Shown here: positions 7,088 through 12,640 of the stretch, one piece after another | Position numbering within the stretch: position 1 is the first letter of the stretch | How the letters are laid out: every line of letters begins with the position of its first letter | From: an uncultured Deferribacteres bacterium | GTDB taxonomy: Bacteria > Zhuqueibacterota > Zhuqueibacteria > Zhuqueibacterales > Geothermadaptataceae | NCBI GenBank assembly: GCA_964014485.1 | Contig: CAXHAT010000182.1 | Coordinates: 1 to 15,719 of the forward strand | Length of the DNA: 15,719 nucleotides | Direction of reading: 5' to 3' | Notes under the pieces: generated by a model | The model's input: the letters and a program-made list of their open reading frames with translations, nothing else | Databases searched by the model: none | What the model was told of the DNA's origin: nothing | Translations under genes and position numbers: made by a program

Positions 7088-7110
7088 CAAAAAAGCAAAA
7101 AAACAGTGAT

Positions 7111-9012
7111 ATGATATTCGGCAGCTTTGGGGAAGACATTACCAGGAATCTCGATCCGATCAATCCATTCAACGTTTGGGGGATTTCCGATAAAACAAGG
7201 GTACGCCACGACGCGCGCTGCGATCATTTTCTCATCGGCATGTGCTCGTCCGGCGCGCCGTCACACGATGCGGGGCATGCGCTTTATCGCAATGCGGAGT
7301 CCCGCGTTACCGTTGCGGTTTATGGGACAATTTTTAATGCGTCAACGCTCGCGCGCGAGTGGGGGGGAGGCGACAGCATCGGAGAAATTATTCACGCGGG
7401 CTACCAAAAAGCGGGATCAAAATTTTTCGCCAAATTGAACGGCAATTTTGTCATCGACATTCATGATCCAAAGAACGACCGGTTTTGGGTGGCGCGTGAT
7501 CATTTGGGCGTGGAATCGCTGTTTTTCTATCGCAAAAACAAAAAACTGCATTTCTGTTCAAAGCTCCATCCGCTGGCGAAGCACCCTGAAATCGAGACGG
7601 GGCTCAACCCGACGGCAGTGAGCCGCTACCTGCTTTTTAACTACAATCCCGCCTACGACTCTTTTTATCAAAACATCGAAAAGCTGCGTCCGGGCAATGT
7701 GCTGAAAATCGAAAAAGGCAAAATGCACATTGAGCCGTATTGGTACATCTCGTTCAAAGACCCGTTCGATAAATCTATCGAAACCTATCGCGAAGAATTG
7801 CTGGAACTGTTCCGTGACGCGATCAAAATTCGGCTGGACGACAAAAATTTTCGTACCGGCGCGTACCTGAGCGGCGGCATGGACAGCAGCACGGTCGTCG
7901 GCCTGATGCGTCCGATGATTGACGGCGACGTTCATACGTTTTCCTTTCGCTGTCGCGGCAAATCTTACGACGAATCGAAGTACGCGCGGTTGATGAGCGA
8001 TCATTACAAGACGCAACATCACGAAGTGCCGTACGAATCGGAGCACGTCGACCGCATCATGCAATTGGCGGGCGCGGTGAACGAACCGTTCTCGGACATC
8101 GGCATCGAGGTCGCGTCGTTTTTGCTGGCGGAGAAGGCCTCCGGCGTGGTGGACTATGTTTTGACCGGCGACGGCGGCGACGAGTTGTTCGGCGGGCATC
8201 CGGTGTATTTGGCCGACCGCATGGCGGAGAAATTCGAGAAAGTGCCGTCAATCTTGCGCAATCCGATGACCAGTTTGTTCCAAAAGCTGCCGGATACGGA
8301 TCAAAAGAAAAGCCTCGTTGTCAAGGCGAAACGATTTTCCTACAGCGCCCAGTTTCCGGCGGAGCTTTACAGCAATCGCTGGCGCATTTACTACACCGAT
8401 AACGAACTGCGTGACCTGCTGCATCCTGATTGGCGCGAGACCGTGCGCAATGCCGATCCGTTGCACGATATTAAAGACCTTTACACCGAAACGGACGGCG
8501 AAGATTTTCTCAGCAAAACGCTTTACGGCGACTACTACACCGTCGTTGGATTTTATCTTTCTCGCATGGAATTGGTGCGCAATTTCGGCTTGGAAGGACG
8601 AATTCCCATGCTCGATCATCGCCTGGTCGAGTACACGGCGCGTATTCCGTCGAACCTGAAAATTGGGCCTAAAGGTGAGACGAAGGATATTTTCCACAAG
8701 GTCATGGCCGGAACGCTGCCGGACGAGATCGTTTTTCGTACGGACAAGCTTGGCCACAGCGTGCCGTTCAAAAACTGGCTGCGCGACGCGTCGAACGTGC
8801 AGAAATTATTGAAAAAGTACACCTCGCCAGACATGCTGAAAAATCGCGGCATGTTCAACCCGAAATTTGTTGAGCGCATGTACAATTCGCACATGAGCCG
8901 CGCCGAAAACAATAGCCACCGCTTGTGGGCGATTCTGGTTTTTGAGTTGTGGTGTCAGCGGCATTTGGATGGAGCGGGAGTTGAAGAAGGGATGAATGCG
9001 CAACCTGCTTAG
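7111..9012 (+). CDS. Asparagine synthase-like (AsnB-family) amide synthetase with a degenerate glutaminase domain
   Basis: Carries 'LNGNF', 'ARDHLG...LF', PP-loop 'YLSGGMDSS', 'EPFSD', 'LTGDGGDELFGGH', 'LEGR.PMLDHRLVEY' and 'K.GH.VP..W'. ATG 7111 is preferred because the 7045 start runs through a repeat arm and A-tracts. No N-terminal Cys with either start. Confidence 0.88.
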   Translation: MIFGSFGEDITRNLDPINPFNVWGISDKTRVRHDARCDHFLIGMCSSGAPSHDAGHALYRNAESRVTVAVYGTIFNASTLAREWGGGDSIGEIIHAGYQKAGSKFFAKLNGNFVIDIHDPKNDRFWVARDHLGVESLFFYRKNKKLHFCSKLHPLAKHPEIETGLNPTAVSRYLLFNYNPAYDSFYQNIEKLRPGNVLKIEKGKMHIEPYWYISFKDPFDKSIETYREELLELFRDAIKIRLDDKNFRTGAYLSGGMDSSTVVGLMRPMIDGDVHTFSFRCRGKSYDESKYARLMSDHYKTQHHEVPYESEHVDRIMQLAGAVNEPFSDIGIEVASFLLAEKASGVVDYVLTGDGGDELFGGHPVYLADRMAEKFEKVPSILRNPMTSLFQKLPDTDQKKSLVVKAKRFSYSAQFPAELYSNRWRIYYTDNELRDLLHPDWRETVRNADPLHDIKDLYTETDGEDFLSKTLYGDYYTVVGFYLSRMELVRNFGLEGRIPMLDHRLVEYTARIPSNLKIGPKGETKDIFHKVMAGTLPDEIVFRTDKLGHSVPFKNWLRDASNVQKLLKKYTSPDMLKNRGMFNPKFVERMYNSHMSRAENNSHRLWAILVFELWCQRHLDGAGVEEGMNAQPA

Positions 9013-9395
9013 AAAAGCGTTTGGACTGGGTAGCGCCGTATGTTCTGGTCTTTGGTAAGCAATGTGAGATCATAAGTCAACGATTGGCAAATCAACATGC
9101 GATCAAACGGATCGTGATGCAGCGACGGTAAATCGAGTAGCCGCATGATGCTTTTTTCGTCCAACTCCAGGCTGGCGATTTGATGAAAGTTTCTCTGGTC
9201 GATCAAATACGGCTTAGCCGGCTTGTCAAGCGGAAGTTTCCCCTTTTGATATTTTAGAAGAATTTCCCAGATCGACACAACGCTCAAATAGACGATGTTG
9301 CTGAGGTCTTCGATAATATCGGCGACGATCTCGGAGCCATGTTCATCTTCCGTGATATACCAAAGAAAAGCGTGTGTATCCAAAAGGTACTTCAC
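9009..9395 (-). CDS. vapC: PIN-domain VapC-family toxin
   Basis: 'YLLDTHAFLW', 'S.VSIWEI..K..KGKL', 'LP.LH.DPFDRMLI.Q', 'LLTKD'. The GTG start overlaps the antitoxin stop (GTGA). Its stop overlaps the convergent asnB-like stop at 9009-9012. Confidence 0.93.
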   Translation of the reverse strand: MKYLLDTHAFLWYITEDEHGSEIVADIIEDLSNIVYLSVVSIWEILLKYQKGKLPLDKPAKPYLIDQRNFHQIASLELDEKSIMRLLDLPSLHHDPFDRMLICQSLTYDLTLLTKDQNIRRYPVQTLF

Positions 9396-9679
9396 TTGTC
9401 CGCGAGCCCAAGAAATTCGTACTCAGGCAATGGATCATCGAAGTCTTCGGGAACGACAAAATCACCCTTCGCGAGACCGCGCGGGCGTGTGGGAACCGAT
9501 TTCATCTCGGCGACAAGCTTGCCCTTGTGTTTGATAACGATCACTTCGCCGTCTTGCACGCGATCGAGAATCGCTTCGAAGTCCTTTAGCACTTCTTCCA
9601 TATGAAGATAAGTGCGATGTTTGTGTTTGTTTTCTTTGAGCTTACCGGTTTCCGCCGAATCAATATTTGCCGCGTTCAT
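9392..9679 (-). CDS. Phd/YefM-type antitoxin (VapB-like partner)
   Basis: 'F..ILDRV..GE.IVI...GK.VA' Phd fold, followed by 'R.RG..KG...VPEDFD.PLP', typical of antitoxins paired with this VapC clade. ATG 9679 has a GGGAGA RBS, so the 9757 start in the ORF track is unlikely. Confidence 0.85.
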   Translation of the reverse strand: MNAANIDSAETGKLKENKHKHRTYLHMEEVLKDFEAILDRVQDGEVIVIKHKGKLVAEMKSVPTRPRGLAKGDFVVPEDFDDPLPEYEFLGLADK

Positions 9680-9703
9680 GATTTTTCTCCCATAATTGGT
9701 GAA

Positions 9704-9719
9704 GCTTTGTAAGCAAAGC
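9704..9719. promoter_or_regulatory. Candidate TA autoregulatory operator GCTTTG-N4-CAAAGC
   Basis: Perfect 6-bp inverted repeat about 25 nt upstream of the antitoxin ATG. It lies next to a possible - strand promoter (TTGCTT-N18-TAGTAT). Confidence 0.45.
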
Positions 9720-9777
9720 ATACTAAACGCATCGATCAATTTAAAGCAAAAAATCAATCAGAAATTCAACGCATCCT

Positions 9778-10731
9778 TTGCTTAAGAATAAATCCTTCAA
9801 ATTCATCTTTAAGCTCGCCGTCAGTATTGCGCTCATCTGGTTTTTGCTGAAAAGCGTCGATCTGAGCGAGATTCAGAATTCGCTGATCGATGTTAATTTA
9901 ATGATGCTCACGTTGGCGGGCGTTTTGTTTTTTGGGCATCAGATTCTGGTGGCGTGGTGCTGGCAAATCTTGTTGGCGGCGCAGGGCAATCGCGTGCCGT
10001 TTATGCGCGTTTTGCAGGTGCATTTCATCGGCAATTTTATCGGTGTTTTCATGCCGACGAGCATTGGGATGGACGTGGTGCGCGCCTACAGCCTGGCGAA
10101 ATACATGAAGAACGGCGTTGATTCGGCGAGTTCGATGTTTGTCAGCCGTGTCGTCGGCTACCTGGTGTTTTTTGCCATGGCGATCAGCATGGCGGTCCCG
10201 CTGGTTCAAAAAACAGGGGAGCCGTTGTTCTTCTTGCTGGTCGTTTTTACCGCTGTTTGCTTCATTTTGGGCGTGTGGCTGCTCCTCAGTAAAAAAATGC
10301 TGAATGCTCTCCAACCACTTTGCTCGCGATTTAATCTCGAAAAAATTGTCGGCAAACTGCGCGAATTCCAAGCAAGCATTTTGGCGTTTCGCCGACAGCG
10401 CAACGCCATGCTCAATCTCCTTTTCTGGACAATCGTTTATCAAGTTTTAGGGATTTATATACCTTACCTCATCGGCCTGAGTCTTGGCATAGAAATCAGC
10501 TTTATCTATTACTTCGTCACCATTCCTGTAATCATGGCGATCACAATTCTACCAATTTCCATTGGCGGCATCGGCGTACGCGAGTGGTCGTTTAAAGCGC
10601 TGTTCGTCCCTCTCGGCGCAACGGGCGGGCAGGCGGTTTCTCTTTCGATTCTGTTCATGCTTTTGGGAATCATGATCGCGCTTTTTGGCGGAATTGTTTA
10701 CCTGTTTTCAGGCAGCCGCGGCAAGCGTTGA
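9778..10731 (+). CDS. Lysylphosphatidylglycerol synthase TM-domain (UPF0104) flippase-like membrane protein
   Basis: About 8 hydrophobic segments, 'W..LL', 'IG.F....PT.IG.D.VRAY', 'LPISIGGIGVRE'. TTG start; exact start uncertain. Confidence 0.85.
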   Translation: MLKNKSFKFIFKLAVSIALIWFLLKSVDLSEIQNSLIDVNLMMLTLAGVLFFGHQILVAWCWQILLAAQGNRVPFMRVLQVHFIGNFIGVFMPTSIGMDVVRAYSLAKYMKNGVDSASSMFVSRVVGYLVFFAMAISMAVPLVQKTGEPLFFLLVVFTAVCFILGVWLLLSKKMLNALQPLCSRFNLEKIVGKLREFQASILAFRRQRNAMLNLLFWTIVYQVLGIYIPYLIGLSLGIEISFIYYFVTIPVIMAITILPISIGGIGVREWSFKALFVPLGATGGQAVSLSILFMLLGIMIALFGGIVYLFSGSRGKR

Positions 10732-10732
10732 G

Positions 10733-10782
10733 AGTGATCAGTAAACAGTTTACTGAATACTGATCACGAATCACTCATCACT
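10733..10782. repeat. Inverted repeat of tandem 7-nt units (AGTRANC / ACTGANY)
   Basis: AGTGATC-AGTAAAC-AGT-TT-ACTGAAT-ACTGATC-ACGAATC-ACTCATC-ACT. GTGATCAGTA (10734-43) pairs perfectly with TACTGATCAC (10758-67). It lies between convergent genes. Confidence 0.75.
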
Positions 10783-10788
10783 AAAAAC

Positions 10789-12141
10789 TCACTCCCCAGC
10801 CTTTAATTTCCCAAACCCCGGCCCTTTGACGCCAAACACCGGCATAAGATCGCTCGGCACGCGCTCGGGCGGGGTAACGAGCTGCGCCGGCAGGGCTGTT
10901 CCCGGATCGGTGAGCGCACGCATAAAAGCGACGACGGCCGCCGCTTCTTCGTCGCTTAAATCGAGCGGCTCGCGCAGCGAAGGATGCAGAGTGTTCACTG
11001 GAACTTCGGGGTGGCGCGGACTAGCGCCTTCGTTATAGAAATCAACCACTTCCTCCAACGTATAAAAAACGCCGTCGTGCATGTAAGGCGCGGTCAATTC
11101 CACATTGCGCAAGGTCGGCGTGCGGAAGGCGTAGCGGTCGCGGCTCAAGCCGGTGTGCTCTTCCCGCCCTAAATCATCTCCCGGAATCGTGTCTTTGCCC
11201 GGCCCTTCCTGCGGCACGGCTTGTACGACGTATTGATAATCGCTGAACATCGGGCCGTTGTGGCAGTCGCCGCACTTGGCTTTGGTGAAAAACAATTCCA
11301 ATCCCCATTTTTGCTGTGCGGTCAAAGCATTACCGTCGCCGCCGACGAATCGATCATAGGCGGAGTTGCGCGTGACGAGCTCTCGTTCATAAGCCGCAAT
11401 ACTGCGAGCGTAGGTTGATGAATCGATGGCCGTCGTGCGGTTTCCGGAAGCAATTTCCTGCGCTTCCTTTGGAAAGGCGGCGCGGAACAGCGTTTCATAA
11501 TCAGGAATAGCCTGCAGACGCGCCAGAACGCTATCGAGTGCGGCTGCGGCGGCATGCTCGTCTGAACCGGGATAAGCGTCGCCGCGCATCTCGACTCGGG
11601 AAGTGATCGGTTTGGACGCCTGCGCTTCCAGGCCTTCCGCGCGTCCGTCCCAGAATTGCAGACCTTTGGCCGAAGGACGCCCATTAATGTCGCCGTTGAA
11701 GGCTGTGTTAAAAATCGTTGGCGCGTTGCGCGGCGTAAAGTCAATCAGTGCGCCGGTCATAGCCGATTGGGTCAAGAATCGGTTTGGTCCCAGGCCGACG
11801 CCGCTGGTTCCGACTGGCAACTGCCGCCCGTCTGCGAAGCCAAAATCGGGATGGTGACATGTCGCGCAGGCCACGTCTTTTTCACCGCCGAGAATTGGAT
11901 CAAAAAACAGCAAGCGCCCCAAAGCAATGCGCTCGGCGCGCGGCGGATTGTCCGCGGGGTAGGGAATATCGCCAAGGGTCTGCAAATCGAACATCTCGAT
12001 CAGATCATCTTCAACGCCCGGATCCGGCGTGACTGGGTCGTTGTCGCCGCAGGCGGAGAACAGCGTAGCTGAACAAAGAATAAGTACCGCCGTGCGTCTT
12101 CTTATCGTTTGCCAAATTGTTGTTTCCATAAAAGTCTTCAT
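10789..12141 (-). CDS. Di-heme cytochrome c peroxidase/MauG-superfamily lipoprotein
   Basis: Two CxxCH motifs (CATCH, CGDCH), 'LGRLLFFDP.L', 'RNAPT..N', 'QFWDGRA..LE.QA..PI', 'FRTPTLRNV.LTAPYMHDG'. Signal peptide has RRR and a lipobox-like 'LFSAC'. ATG 12141 has an AGGAGG RBS. Confidence 0.92.
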   Translation of the reverse strand: MKTFMETTIWQTIRRRTAVLILCSATLFSACGDNDPVTPDPGVEDDLIEMFDLQTLGDIPYPADNPPRAERIALGRLLFFDPILGGEKDVACATCHHPDFGFADGRQLPVGTSGVGLGPNRFLTQSAMTGALIDFTPRNAPTIFNTAFNGDINGRPSAKGLQFWDGRAEGLEAQASKPITSRVEMRGDAYPGSDEHAAAAALDSVLARLQAIPDYETLFRAAFPKEAQEIASGNRTTAIDSSTYARSIAAYERELVTRNSAYDRFVGGDGNALTAQQKWGLELFFTKAKCGDCHNGPMFSDYQYVVQAVPQEGPGKDTIPGDDLGREEHTGLSRDRYAFRTPTLRNVELTAPYMHDGVFYTLEEVVDFYNEGASPRHPEVPVNTLHPSLREPLDLSDEEAAAVVAFMRALTDPGTALPAQLVTPPERVPSDLMPVFGVKGPGFGKLKAGE

Positions 12142-12167
12142 TGTAAATCCTCCTGAAATCATCACCC

Positions 12168-12192
12168 GTTCCGGCGAACCGGAACATTTTTT
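12168..12192. other. Perfect 7-bp hairpin GTTCCGG-CGAA-CCGGAAC followed by ATTTTTT (+ strand)
   Basis: Terminator-like on the + strand. On the - strand it has a UUCG loop and lies in the probable 5' leader of the peroxidase, just upstream of its RBS. Confidence 0.5.
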
Positions 12193-12284
12193 GAAAATCG
12201 CTCTACACGCGGCGAATCACCAATCCGCAATTTTGTAACTTTTTTGATAAACCTTGAAAATATCATCCAAAAAACTTTAGTGCG

Positions 12285-12496
12285 GAGCTCACTGCCTGAC
12301 ACTTTTTTGTAAACTGCATTTTCGAGCCTTCGAAAGGCCGCCGTCTTGTCATTCTGAAGGAATCTTTGTTATCGCCCGGTACAGATCATGCCCAAAAGTT
12401 CAAGGGCTAGATCAAAAAGATGCTTAAAGCATGACAATTCCGGCCTTTTTCGCCAACTTTCGAAGCCTGTACAAATAATGTCAGGTAGTGAAGTTC
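12285..12496. repeat. Long nested imperfect inverted repeat (about 210 nt) with a central TGTC-type REP doublet; MITE/REPIN-like
   Basis: Paired segments from outside in: CACTGCCTGACACTTTTTTGTA (12290-311) / TACAAATAATGTCAGGTAGTG (12470-490); CTTCGAAAG / CTTTCGAAG; AAAGGCCG / CGGCCTTT; TTGTCATTCTGAAGGAATCTTT (12346-367) / AAAGATGCTTAAAGCATGACAA (12416-437); GATC..GCCC / GGGC..GATC. Confidence 0.75.
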
Positions 12497-12533
12497 GGAG
12501 GCGATCAGCCTGTCGAAACAATAATTTTTCACT

Positions 12534-12570
12534 AAAAAAACAGCCCGCCCGGTTTCCCGAGACGAGCTGT
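12534..12570 (-). terminator. Rho-independent terminator of the large secreted-protein gene
   Basis: Minus strand reads ACAGCTCGTCTCGG-GAAA-CCGGGCGGGCTGT-TTTTTT: a GC-rich stem with G-U pairs, a GNRA loop and a U-tract, about 70 nt after the stop. Confidence 0.85.
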
Positions 12571-12598
12571 CTTATGAGAAGCAGGGTTTACACGATTT

Positions 12599-12634
12599 GT
12601 AAACTGTTTACTGTTCTCTGCTTATTGATTACTG
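12599..12634. repeat. Tandem 7-nt units related to the 10733-10782 element (half element)
   Basis: GTAA-ACTGTTT-ACTGTTC-TCTGCTT-ATTGATT-ACTG. 12599-12613 is the exact reverse complement of 10739-10753. Confidence 0.6.
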
Positions 12635-12640
12635 AAAAAA

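Noticed and set aside
7045..7110. Longer N-terminus for the asnB-like gene
   Set aside because: It translates the right arm of the CACGGA repeat and A-tracts. ATG 7111 is more plausible.
12245..12265. TGATA-N11-TATCA upstream of the peroxidase as a Fur/PerR box
   Set aside because: Only 11/19 match to the Fur consensus in AT-rich DNA, which is too weak to call.
12306..12606. 11-bp direct repeat TTTGTAAACTG (12306-316 and 12596-606) as a target-site duplication
   Set aside because: The left copy overlaps an arm of the fold-back element and the enclosed segment includes the upstream gene's own terminator, so the boundaries do not fit an insertion.
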